64,000 nt of DNA, from NCBI RefSeq assembly GCF_033723435.1, contig NZ_JAWVXC010000001.1, positions 91,754 to 155,753 of the forward strand, read 5' to 3'. Numbering within the stretch: the stretch's first letter is position 1; each line of letters begins with the position of its first letter. Position numbers and translations under genes: made by a program. Under the pieces are notes generated by a model. The model was not told the DNA's origin and did no database searches. It saw only the letters and a program-made list of their open reading frames with translations. Shown piece after piece: positions 8,819-17,950 of the stretch. The DNA comes from Lutibacter sp. Lineage in GTDB: Bacteria > Bacteroidota > Bacteroidia > Flavobacteriales > Flavobacteriaceae.

Positions 8819-9638
8819 GGTTAAGTTTTTCTCCGCACTTATTACAATATATTGCGTTGTCTAAATGTTTGTCATGTAAACAATTAGGACAAGTTTGTGT
8901 ATTGGTATGAATAACATCTTGTTTGGTCATTTCAGAAGTAACAATTCCAGTTGGTACTGCAATAATTCCATAACCTAAAATCATAACCATACTAGCAATT
9001 AATTGACCAACTGGAGTATGAGGAGAAATATCTCCATAACCTACTGTAGTTAGCGTTACAATAGCCCAATACATACTGTAAGGAATACTTGTAAATCCAT
9101 TTTTAGGACCTTCAATAATGTACATTATTGTTCCTAAAATTATTGTAAGTACTAAAACGCTAAATAAAAATACTGCAATTTTAATTTTACTAGCTTTTAA
9201 TGCTGTCATTAATTTATTGGAAGCACCTAAATAACGTGCTAATTTTAATATTCTAAAAACTCTTAAAAGTCTAAGCGCCCTTAGAGCAACAAGGGCATGA
9301 GTTCCGATAAAAAAAATAGAAATATATTTTGGTATGGTAGCTAAAAAATCAATAATACCGTAAAAGCTAAAAATATATTTAGTAGGTTTTTGAATACAAA
9401 TAATTCTAGCAAAATATTCTAAACTGAAAAGTATAGTAATAATCCATTCGGCAATGTTTAAAAAATTGTGATAATTAGCGTCAATGCTATTAACACTTTC
9501 TAGCATTACAATAATAATACTTGCTATAATTACTAAAATTAAAATAATATCAAACCATTTACCAGCTTTAGTATCTGCTTCATAAATAATTTCATAAAGT
9601 TTAGACTTCCAGTTTTTATTTGATTTTAATGTATTCAA
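8811..9638 (-). CDS. Voltage-gated-type (6TM) potassium channel with C-terminal zinc-ribbon tail
   Basis: 275 aa. S4-like LRALRLLRVFRILKLARYL, selectivity filter TTVGYGD, and C-terminal CPNC-x14-CNKC. It overlaps the miaA start by 8 nt. Confidence 0.85.
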   Translation of the reverse strand: MNTLKSNKNWKSKLYEIIYEADTKAGKWFDIILILVIIASIIIVMLESVNSIDANYHNFLNIAEWIITILFSLEYFARIICIQKPTKYIFSFYGIIDFLATIPKYISIFFIGTHALVALRALRLLRVFRILKLARYLGASNKLMTALKASKIKIAVFLFSVLVLTIILGTIMYIIEGPKNGFTSIPYSMYWAIVTLTTVGYGDISPHTPVGQLIASMVMILGYGIIAVPTGIVTSEMTKQDVIHTNTQTCPNCLHDKHLDNAIYCNKCGEKLNHE

Positions 9639-9682
9639 ATTGTATAGAAAATATATTTATTTACTAAAATAGTAGATTTATT

Positions 9683-11662
9683 TTAATTAGTACTTGTGAT
9701 ATTAGATTTAGATGATGATATAACAATAGGTGTTTTTTCTGTATTAATAATTAATTTATATAATTCCTTTAATGAATAATATTCATAATTATAAAAAATA
9801 GGCTTATTGATAGAAAAAGTACTGTTTAGTGTTACCCTTTTATTATCGTGATTTTTAGTGATTAAGTTAAAGCTTCCACCATTTTTTTGAAGTTTATATG
9901 CTACAGATTTTGGCAGAGATTTTATTTTAAAATTCTCAGGGAGTTCTAAAGAAAAATTAACGACAGCTTTTTTAGGATATCCGTAATCAACAGGGTATAA
10001 TCTGTTTTCTTGTTTAAAAGGATTTTTTTTAACTACTATATCAAAAAATGGATGTAAAAATATTGTTTGTAAATTTGAATCGGAATCTATAGCTATATCA
10101 TAATTTTCAACAATAGGTTTGTCAATATCTTTTTGGTTTAGTAATTTATAATCTAAAACTTCTAGATTATCAAAAGAGCTTTCAAAATTTGAGAGAACAT
10201 CGTCTTCAGTTTTAGTGAGTAAGTCTTTTCGTTTATCAATTGCATCATACCCAAAATATACTTTTCTTAATTTTCCAGTAATATTACCTTCATTATCTAA
10301 TTTTAAACTAACATTTAATTGTGTTTTTGAAGTATTATTAGGTTTTATATCCATCCAATAACTAGGATTTTTAAAATCCATAACTCTACCTGAACCATTT
10401 AAACATCTAAATGGCAATATTCCAAAAGGAATTAGTTTATCCGTAGCATCTAGTAAATAATAAGTGTCATTAATATTAACTTTTGCAATTATGTAATTAA
10501 AATCAGTAATTACAGGATGAATCTTTGTTGGAAAACCATTTTCTCTAGTTGAAAGCAATACTAATTCTGCATTTAAACCAGCAGATTTAAGAGCATTAAT
10601 TAATGAAATATTTATTTCACCAACCGATCCAATTTTTATTTCGAAGGCTTTTTTAACATTACTACCTTTAAAAATACTATATTTTTTATTCCAAGTATAG
10701 TGGTTTTGTATAAATGTATAAATTGCTTTTGCCTTTTCTAAATCAGAATTTAAGGAACTAATTTTTTTAGGTAGTTTATCCTTAAAAAATTTAGTTTTTT
10801 TGAATTGACCACCAATATCTCTGTCATGCTTAAATTCTTTATCAACCGCGCCCCAAGTACTAGTATATTTGATATTTGATCCATCAAACCATCTTAGTTC
10901 TGACAACTCAAATTTAATTTTTGAAATGAAATTATCTTCATTAGTCATATAATCTTCTTTCTCAAATGCAGGAATATCTCTCATCTCATAAGTTAATTTC
11001 TCGCAGTCTGAATCTCCCATATATGGAGGAACATGAAAACATTTCTTTTTAACAGATGCTAAATTTTTAGTTAATTTTAAATAGCCATTTAATTTTCTGT
11101 TATAAACGTAATTTCCAGGTATTAAAGCTTTATATAGGCTAACTTTACTAGGAATAGAAGATTGAAAATACCAACCTGTTAAGTTAAATTTAAAAGGAGA
11201 TTCTAAAGTGTATTCATATTCAATAACACTACCTTTTTTCAAGTTTGGCAACGTAAAACTAACTTCACTCCAATTTTCATTAATTTTTTTTCTATAAATA
11301 TTACCTTTTAGGAGATGACTAATTGTTGAGCCATTATGCGTTTCAGCTTTAATAGATAATACCTCTTCATTTTCAGATTTATTATTATATATAGGAATTT
11401 TTTCTGTTCCATATTTATATCCTTCAGCATTAAATATTTTAATTTTTTTGTAAAATTTCGTTTGAATAATAATTCTGTTGTTTTTAACCTTAAAAGTGGT
11501 ATTACCATAATCAAATAAAACTAATGCGTTTGCAGTTGTATCTTTGTCGTATTTAGTTAAATTAAGTTCTTCATTTGTAACTTTTCCAAAAGTGTAATCA
11601 CTTTGTTTTTGTGCAAAGATATTTATGGTAAACAGTGTAAATAGGATAGCAATTTTTTTCAT
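9683..11662 (-). CDS. Secreted DUF3857 / transglutaminase-like domain protein
   Basis: 659 aa with a signal peptide. The overall layout matches my memory of flavobacterial DUF3857/DUF3858 proteins. This has not been verified by a search. Confidence 0.5.
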   Translation of the reverse strand: MKKIAILFTLFTINIFAQKQSDYTFGKVTNEELNLTKYDKDTTANALVLFDYGNTTFKVKNNRIIIQTKFYKKIKIFNAEGYKYGTEKIPIYNNKSENEEVLSIKAETHNGSTISHLLKGNIYRKKINENWSEVSFTLPNLKKGSVIEYEYTLESPFKFNLTGWYFQSSIPSKVSLYKALIPGNYVYNRKLNGYLKLTKNLASVKKKCFHVPPYMGDSDCEKLTYEMRDIPAFEKEDYMTNEDNFISKIKFELSELRWFDGSNIKYTSTWGAVDKEFKHDRDIGGQFKKTKFFKDKLPKKISSLNSDLEKAKAIYTFIQNHYTWNKKYSIFKGSNVKKAFEIKIGSVGEINISLINALKSAGLNAELVLLSTRENGFPTKIHPVITDFNYIIAKVNINDTYYLLDATDKLIPFGILPFRCLNGSGRVMDFKNPSYWMDIKPNNTSKTQLNVSLKLDNEGNITGKLRKVYFGYDAIDKRKDLLTKTEDDVLSNFESSFDNLEVLDYKLLNQKDIDKPIVENYDIAIDSDSNLQTIFLHPFFDIVVKKNPFKQENRLYPVDYGYPKKAVVNFSLELPENFKIKSLPKSVAYKLQKNGGSFNLITKNHDNKRVTLNSTFSINKPIFYNYEYYSLKELYKLIINTEKTPIVISSSKSNITSTN

Positions 11663-11681
11663 TTTTTTTCATTTTAATTTA

Positions 11682-12761
11682 TTAAAAGCGTATTAATTTT
11701 TCTACATTATTTTTTTGTAAGTATTTTTTTATAATATTTCGGTTAAGCATACTATTTTCCATAGGTGATAGTAAGCTATGTAATATTTCTAAATTATTTA
11801 ATTGATAATTTAAATCGGTAAAACAGAAGCCTTTTACTTGATTATTTTCAATAAGTAAAACTGATTTTTCTCCAACATCTCGCCCTTTTTCTACAATTAA
11901 AAAATTATCATTATTAAAGTTTACATCTTTTAAATGATTTTTTCTTACAAAGTTGTATTTGGGTTTGTTAATTTTTAATTCTTCTGCAAACTTTAATTGT
12001 GCAATTAGTTCGTTTCCAGTGTCTTCATAAGATATTGAAGTTGCTTTATTTTGAATTTCTTTTGCTTTTTTTGAAGTGCGTAAAAATAATTGATTTACAG
12101 ATTTTTTTATATTTTTTCCTTTGCCTATGTATAAAATATTACTAGAACAGTTATGAATATAAAATAATCCAGTTCTATGAGGTAAATCATCTAAAAGACT
12201 TTGTAATTTAGGTGCTAATTTTTTTGTGTTTGTTCTTTTTATAGATTTTTTTACAATTTCTTTATCTACGTCTTTATTTAATAACAATTTAAATAATTGA
12301 ACAGTTGCCATTGCATCTCCATCAGCTCTATGACGACTTGAAATTGGAATTGCCAACGAGTGGCATAAATTTCCTAATTTATAGGAAGGTAAGTCTGGAA
12401 TTAATTTTTTACTTAATTCAACCGTACAAAGAGTTTGCTTTTCGTAATCGTACCCAAGCCTTTTAAATTCTGTAGTTAAAATTCTATTATCAAAATTTGC
12501 GTTATGAGCTACCAAAGTACAGTTATCCGTAATTTCAATAATTCGTTTTGCTATTTCAAAAAACTTAGGAGCATTTTTTAACATAGCATTATTTATACCT
12601 GTTAATTTAACTACAAATGGTTGAATTTCTCGTTCAGGATTAACTAAACTAATGAATTGATCAACTACTTGGTGTCCATCAAATTTATATATAGCTATTT
12701 CCGTAATACCTTCTTCATTGTACTTTCCACCAGTAGTTTCTATGTCTAAAATAGCATACAT
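11682..12761 (-). CDS. DEDD 3'-5' exonuclease (DnaQ-like) fused to a GIY-YIG-like domain
   Basis: 359 aa. ExoI motif AILDIETTG, then HNANFDNRIL and H-x4-D (HRADGD). The C-terminal half carries GLFYIHN...ILYIGKGKNIKKS, which is GIY-YIG-like. Confidence 0.75.
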   Translation of the reverse strand: MYAILDIETTGGKYNEEGITEIAIYKFDGHQVVDQFISLVNPEREIQPFVVKLTGINNAMLKNAPKFFEIAKRIIEITDNCTLVAHNANFDNRILTTEFKRLGYDYEKQTLCTVELSKKLIPDLPSYKLGNLCHSLAIPISSRHRADGDAMATVQLFKLLLNKDVDKEIVKKSIKRTNTKKLAPKLQSLLDDLPHRTGLFYIHNCSSNILYIGKGKNIKKSVNQLFLRTSKKAKEIQNKATSISYEDTGNELIAQLKFAEELKINKPKYNFVRKNHLKDVNFNNDNFLIVEKGRDVGEKSVLLIENNQVKGFCFTDLNYQLNNLEILHSLLSPMENSMLNRNIIKKYLQKNNVEKLIRF

Positions 12762-13429
12762 TAATTATAATTTCTTATTCCAAAAATTGCGCTTCCAACT
12801 CTAATCATTGTACTTCCTTCGGCTATAGCAATTTTATAATCACCACTCATTCCCATAGATAAAATAGTTGGGTTAAAATTAGTGCTAATGTGTTTTTTTG
12901 AGGATTCGAATTGATTTTTTAAAGCTTTAAACTCTGCATGAATAATTGATTCATCGTTTGTAAAACTTGCCATCCCCATGAATCCTTGAATGTTAATGTT
13001 TTTTAATTCTTTTAATTCGGAAGAAGTAAGAATTTGCTCTAATTCATCAAATGAAAGTCCAAATTTTGTGTCTTCACTTGCAATTTTTAATTCTAATAAA
13101 CAATTAATAGTGCGGTTATGCTTTATTGCCTGTTTATTTATTTCTTTTAAAGTTTTAAAATCAGCTACGCCATGTATTAAATGAACAAAGCTAGCCATAT
13201 ATTTTACTTTATTACGCTGTAAATGTCCAATCATATGCCATTCAATATCTTTTGGAAGTTGTTCAAATTTACCAACCATTTCTTGAATTTTATTTTCACC
13301 AAATGCTCTTTGACCTGCATTATAAGCTTCTAAAATATCAGCAATAGGTTTAGTTTTTGAAACGGCTATTAATTGGACATTTATAGGTAATGTACTTTGT
13401 ATGGTATGTAAATTATTTTGTATACTCAA
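12761..13429 (-). CDS. yggS: YggS-family pyridoxal-phosphate homeostasis protein
   Basis: 222 aa. Motifs LIAVSKTKP (PLP lysine), HMIGHLQRNK and MGMSGDY. Its stop overlaps the next start (TAATG). Confidence 0.9.
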   Translation of the reverse strand: MSIQNNLHTIQSTLPINVQLIAVSKTKPIADILEAYNAGQRAFGENKIQEMVGKFEQLPKDIEWHMIGHLQRNKVKYMASFVHLIHGVADFKTLKEINKQAIKHNRTINCLLELKIASEDTKFGLSFDELEQILTSSELKELKNINIQGFMGMASFTNDESIIHAEFKALKNQFESSKKHISTNFNPTILSMGMSGDYKIAIAEGSTMIRVGSAIFGIRNYN

Positions 13430-13434
13430 TACAA

Positions 13435-14685
13435 TTAATCTAATTTATTTATTACTAATCCAGATCGTAATTTTGGTTCAAACCAAGTTACTTTTGGGGG
13501 CATTATATTATTAGTATCTGCAATATTCATTAGCTGTTTCATGCTAACTGGAAATAAAGCAAAAGCAACTGCCATATCACCATTATCTACACGTTTACTT
13601 AATTCACCTAAACCTCTAATTCCACCAATAAATTCTATTCTAGTATCTGTTCTTAAATCTTTAATATTTAAAACAGGTTCTAATATAAACTTAGATAAAA
13701 CACTTACATCTAAACTATCAATAGGATTATTATCATTGTACGTATTAGATTTAGCGGTTAAACCATACCATTTTCCATTTAAATACATAGAAAAGTTGTG
13801 TAATTTTGTTGGTTTTAAAATGGATTCACTAACTTCTGAAATAGAAAAGTTTTCTTCAATTTTATTTAAGAAATCTTCATTACTTAAACCATTTAAATCT
13901 TTTACAACTCTATTATAATCAATTATTTGTAGTTGATCATCTGGAAAATGAACAGCCATAAAATAGTTATAAGGCTCATTACCAGTATGATTTGGGTTTG
14001 CTTTTTTGAATTCTTCACTCATACCAGCAGCAGCAGCAGTTCTATGATGCCCATCAGCTACATATGTAAAAGGAACTTTTTCTTCAAAAAGTTTTTCTAA
14101 AGTTGCATTAGTTTCAGGATTTTCAATTACCCAAAAATGATGACCAAAACCATCTTCTGCAGTAAAATCGTATTCTGGATCTTTTGTGTTTACTATATTT
14201 TCAACAATAGCATCAATTTCAGGAACAGCTCTATATGTAAAAAATACGGGTTCAATATTTGCTTTTAAATATCGTGTAAGAACTTTTCTATCTTCCTCTT
14301 TATCCGGACGAGTTAATTCGTGTTTTTTTATAATGCCATCTATATAATCTTGACAAGCTGCAGCTCCCACAATTCCGTATTGTGTTTTGCCATTCATAGT
14401 TTGCGCATAAATGTAATAATGTGCTTCGCTATCTTGAACTAAAATTCCTTTATTTTGAAAGTCGTTAAAATTATCTTTAGCTTTAATATAAACTTTTTCC
14501 TCATGTGGATCTGTGCCTAATTCAAATTCAATTTCAGCACGAGTTATATGAAGTAAAGATGCATTTTTGCCTTCAGCCATTTTGGTAGCTTCTTCAGAAT
14601 TCATTACATCGTAAGGCAAACTTGCTACTTCTTCTATAATATCTTTTGGAGGACGAAGTCCTTTAAAAGGTTTAATAATTGCCAT
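13435..14685 (-). CDS. DUF1015 family protein
   Basis: 416 aa. The N-terminal IKPFKGLRP...ASLPYDV and the internal ADGHHR are typical of DUF1015 as I recall it. Confidence 0.75.
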   Translation of the reverse strand: MAIIKPFKGLRPPKDIIEEVASLPYDVMNSEEATKMAEGKNASLLHITRAEIEFELGTDPHEEKVYIKAKDNFNDFQNKGILVQDSEAHYYIYAQTMNGKTQYGIVGAAACQDYIDGIIKKHELTRPDKEEDRKVLTRYLKANIEPVFFTYRAVPEIDAIVENIVNTKDPEYDFTAEDGFGHHFWVIENPETNATLEKLFEEKVPFTYVADGHHRTAAAAGMSEEFKKANPNHTGNEPYNYFMAVHFPDDQLQIIDYNRVVKDLNGLSNEDFLNKIEENFSISEVSESILKPTKLHNFSMYLNGKWYGLTAKSNTYNDNNPIDSLDVSVLSKFILEPVLNIKDLRTDTRIEFIGGIRGLGELSKRVDNGDMAVAFALFPVSMKQLMNIADTNNIMPPKVTWFEPKLRSGLVINKLD

Positions 14686-14717
14686 GTTTTGGGTTTTAAT
14701 TAAGTTGTTTTAAAATT

Positions 14718-15677
14718 TTAAGCTATTTCTTCAAAAATAGAAATTATTTGAGTTGCTAATTCTGTTCCAATACGTTCTTGTGCTTCACTAGTAGCTGCTC
14801 CAATATGAGGTGTTAATGATAATTTTTCATTCATTAACAATTGAATTTCAGGTTTTGGTTCATTTTCGTAAACATCTAAAGCTGCGTTGGCAACTTTACC
14901 ATTTTCAATAGCTTTTACTAGAGCTACTTCATTTATTACACCTCCACGTGCAGCATTTACTATGCATACACCATCTTTCATCATTTCAAATTCAGGAGTA
15001 TCAATAATATAATCTTTTTGAGCTGGAACATGTAATGAAATAAAATCAGCTTCTTTTAAAACTTCTTCTTTAGAAATAGTATTTATATTAAAAAATATAG
15101 ATTGGTGATCGTAAAAATTAAGTTCTAAATTTACAGCATCTAAAAATGGGTCATAAGCTACAACTCTCATTCCTAAACCTAAAGCTACTTTTGCAGTTGC
15201 TTGACCAATTCTACCAAATCCAATAATACCAATAGTTTTTCCTTTTAATTCAACTCCTTTTGCAAAAGATTTTTTTAAATCTTTAAATTTTGAGTCTCCT
15301 TCTAAAGGCATTTGACGGTTAGATTCATGTAAAAAGCGAACCATACCTAATAAATGAGCAAAAACAAGTTCGGCTACTGAATGAGAAGAAGCCGCAGGAG
15401 TATTTATAACTTTTATACCTTTTTGTTTTGCATATTCAACATCAATATTATCCATACCAACACCGCCACGTCCAATTATTTTTAAACCGGGACAGTTATC
15501 TATAATATCTTTTCTAACTTTTGTTGCACTTCTTACTAATAAAACTGAAATATCATTTTCATTTATATAATCAATAAGATTTTCTTGGGCTACGGTTTTT
15601 AATTCTACTTCAAAACCAGCTTCTTTAAGTGCTATTACACCACTAGTTGCTATTCCATCGTTTGCTAATACTTTCAT
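14718..15677 (-). CDS. serA: D-3-phosphoglycerate dehydrogenase, short form without ACT domain
   Basis: 319 aa D-2-hydroxyacid dehydrogenase. NAD motif GIIGFGRIG and catalytic-region PHIGA. Adjacent to serC. Confidence 0.8.
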   Translation of the reverse strand: MKVLANDGIATSGVIALKEAGFEVELKTVAQENLIDYINENDISVLLVRSATKVRKDIIDNCPGLKIIGRGGVGMDNIDVEYAKQKGIKVINTPAASSHSVAELVFAHLLGMVRFLHESNRQMPLEGDSKFKDLKKSFAKGVELKGKTIGIIGFGRIGQATAKVALGLGMRVVAYDPFLDAVNLELNFYDHQSIFFNINTISKEEVLKEADFISLHVPAQKDYIIDTPEFEMMKDGVCIVNAARGGVINEVALVKAIENGKVANAALDVYENEPKPEIQLLMNEKLSLTPHIGAATSEAQERIGTELATQIISIFEEIA

Positions 15678-15695
15678 AATACAGTTTTATTAATT

Positions 15696-16766
15696 TTAAG
15701 AGATTTGTTTTTCAAATTCTTGCATAGCATCTACTAAAACTTGAACGCTTTCAATTGGCATTGCGTTGTAAATACTTGCTCTATATCCACCAACAGAACG
15801 GTGACCTTTAATTCCTACAATACCTGCAGCATTCCAAATTTTATCAAAGGTTTCTTTATGTGCTTCATCGGTTAAATTAAAAGTTACGTTCATTAAAGAT
15901 CTATCTTCTTTATTGGCGTAACCTTTAAATAGTGGATTTCTATCAATTTCAGCATATAATAAAGCAGCTTTAGCTTCATTTATTTTTTCAATTTCAGGAA
16001 TTCCACCTAAATTTTTCAGCCATTCTAAAGTTAGCATAGATACATAAACTGCGTAAACAGAAGGAGTATTAAACATACTATCTTTACTAATATGAACTTG
16101 GTAATCAAGCATAGAAGGAATATCACGACCGGTTTTTCCTAAAATTTCATCTTTAACAATAACTAGAGTAGTTCCTGCGGGACCCATATTTTTTTGAGCT
16201 CCTGCATAAATCAAATCAAATTTTGAGAAATCTAATTGACGTGAAAAAATATCGGAACTCATATCACAAACTAACAAACTATCTGTTTTTGGAAAACTTT
16301 TAATTTGAGTTCCAAAAATAGTGTTGTTGGATGTACAATGGAAAAAATCTGTATTAGATGGAACTTCATAATTTTTAGGAATATAATTATATCCTTTATC
16401 TTTAGAAGACGCTACTAGTTCAATTTCACCTAATTTTTTAGCTTCTTTAATTGCTTTTGAACTCCAAGTACCAGTATCTAAATAAGCTGCTTTACCATCA
16501 ACTTTTAATAGGTTGTATGCACTCATTAAAAACTCTAAACTTGCTCCACCTTGTAAAAATAGTACGGAATAGCCTTCAGGAAGGTTTAATAATTCTTTTA
16601 CTAAACTCCGTGCATTTTCCATTACCTCAACAAAATCTTTACTTCTGTGAGATATTTCAATTAAGGATAAATTTAAATTGTTAAAATTTAAAATTGCATC
16701 GGATGCTTTTTTTAAAACTTCTTGTGGTAAAATACAAGGACCTGCGCTGAAATTATGTTTTTTCAT
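15696..16766 (-). CDS. serC: Phosphoserine aminotransferase
   Basis: 356 aa. Motifs NFSAGPCILP, YAGAQKNMGPAG (PLP lysine) and GGYRASIYNAMP. Confidence 0.95.
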   Translation of the reverse strand: MKKHNFSAGPCILPQEVLKKASDAILNFNNLNLSLIEISHRSKDFVEVMENARSLVKELLNLPEGYSVLFLQGGASLEFLMSAYNLLKVDGKAAYLDTGTWSSKAIKEAKKLGEIELVASSKDKGYNYIPKNYEVPSNTDFFHCTSNNTIFGTQIKSFPKTDSLLVCDMSSDIFSRQLDFSKFDLIYAGAQKNMGPAGTTLVIVKDEILGKTGRDIPSMLDYQVHISKDSMFNTPSVYAVYVSMLTLEWLKNLGGIPEIEKINEAKAALLYAEIDRNPLFKGYANKEDRSLMNVTFNLTDEAHKETFDKIWNAAGIVGIKGHRSVGGYRASIYNAMPIESVQVLVDAMQEFEKQIS

Positions 16767-16848
16767 TTGGTTTAAATATGAAATTTATGAATACCACAAA
16801 TTTCGGAAAAAAAGTAGGATTACTTGTTATAATTTGCGTAAAAAAACA

Positions 16849-17904
16849 TTAAAAATTTAATAAAAATTCTATTGTATCAACATCATCGGCATAATCCCAT
16901 AATTTTGGATGTTGAGTTTGCCCAAAATAAACGGAATTGGATTGTTTTAGATTGCTAACTATACATTGTATTTTATCCTTTTCTTGAGCTAATCTGTTTT
17001 GTAAATTTGGTAATGATGTATAGTATTCATAAAATAAAGTCCCAATTGGTGAGCCATAATTAGCGTCTTCTTTAAGCATAAAAAAACCATTTTCTAAAAA
17101 CTTAAATTGACTCATTAAATAAATGGCTTTATTATAATCGTAATTGTTTTCGTACTTTTTATATTCTATAATATTTTTATACTTGTATAAAGCATTAAAG
17201 AGTAAATCGAAATTATAATCTTTTGGAACAAATATTTTAGAAACACTTCTGCAGCCTAAACCAAAATATTGAAAAATATCTTCTCCTAAATATTCTAGTT
17301 CTTCTTTGGTTTCATTACCTGTTAAAATAGCAATTGAATTTCTGTTTTTTCGAATAATATTTGGTTTATTTTTAAAGTAGAATTCAAAATATCTGGCTGT
17401 ATTATTACTGCCAGTTGCGATAACTGCATCAAATTGTTTTAATTTTTTATCGGTAAATACAATTTTATCTTTAAAATAATTGTTTTCATATTCTAAAAAC
17501 TTTGCTATTAAAGGTAAAAAATATTTATCATTTGAAGAAAGCTTAGCAATAACTTTATGCCCGCTTATTAATACAGATAAAAAGTCGTGAAAACCAACTA
17601 GTGGAATATTACCTGCTAAAATTAAGGCAACTATTTTGGGTTCTGCGTTAAAATTGTAATTAGATGTCCAAGTAGTTAAATTTTCATAAGTTAAAGCATT
17701 CGCCCAATTTTCTATTGCTTTCAATACATTTTCCTTTGTAAACCAACCATTGCTTTCGTAAGCTCTTTCAATTTGCATTTTAAAAGCATCAAAAAATAGT
17801 ATGTTATTTTCAGATTCTTCAAATTTTTCAATTTTAGAAGTTGTAAATTGCTTAAAGAAGTTACCTAGTTTAACAAAGGATTGAATTCGTTCCTCTAAAT
17901 TCAT
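16849..17904 (-). CDS. LuxC-like acyl-CoA reductase family protein
   Basis: The track ORF runs to 18021, but its first 39 codons overlap the ferredoxin start and promoter. The likely start is the ATG at 17904 (MNLEERIQSFVKLGNFF...). I recall this as the flavobacterial acyl-CoA reductase family. Confidence 0.7.
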   Translation of the reverse strand: MNLEERIQSFVKLGNFFKQFTTSKIEKFEESENNILFFDAFKMQIERAYESNGWFTKENVLKAIENWANALTYENLTTWTSNYNFNAEPKIVALILAGNIPLVGFHDFLSVLISGHKVIAKLSSNDKYFLPLIAKFLEYENNYFKDKIVFTDKKLKQFDAVIATGSNNTARYFEFYFKNKPNIIRKNRNSIAILTGNETKEELEYLGEDIFQYFGLGCRSVSKIFVPKDYNFDLLFNALYKYKNIIEYKKYENNYDYNKAIYLMSQFKFLENGFFMLKEDANYGSPIGTLFYEYYTSLPNLQNRLAQEKDKIQCIVSNLKQSNSVYFGQTQHPKLWDYADDVDTIEFLLNF

Positions 17905-17918
17905 CGTAATTTTAATTT

Positions 17919-17926
17919 TATATTTG
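17919..17926 (+). promoter_or_regulatory. -7 promoter motif TATATTTG
   Basis: Exact TAnnTTTG, 25 nt upstream of the ferredoxin ATG. Confidence 0.45.
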
Positions 17927-17950
17927 CAAAAATAATCTAAATAATAATGT

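Noticed and set aside
13541-13918. 125-aa plus-strand ORF, representative of about 25 shadow ORFs of 60-131 aa in the track (for example 1587-1796, 5386-5640, 8133-8372, 12990-13184, 16451-16860, 19221-19466, 22835-23563, 43728-44492, 52486-54405, 56000-56239, 58450-58653)
   Set aside because: All of them lie antisense or out of frame inside longer ORFs with clear family signatures. They have low-complexity Ser/Leu/Phe/Ile-rich composition and no independent promoter or terminator signals.
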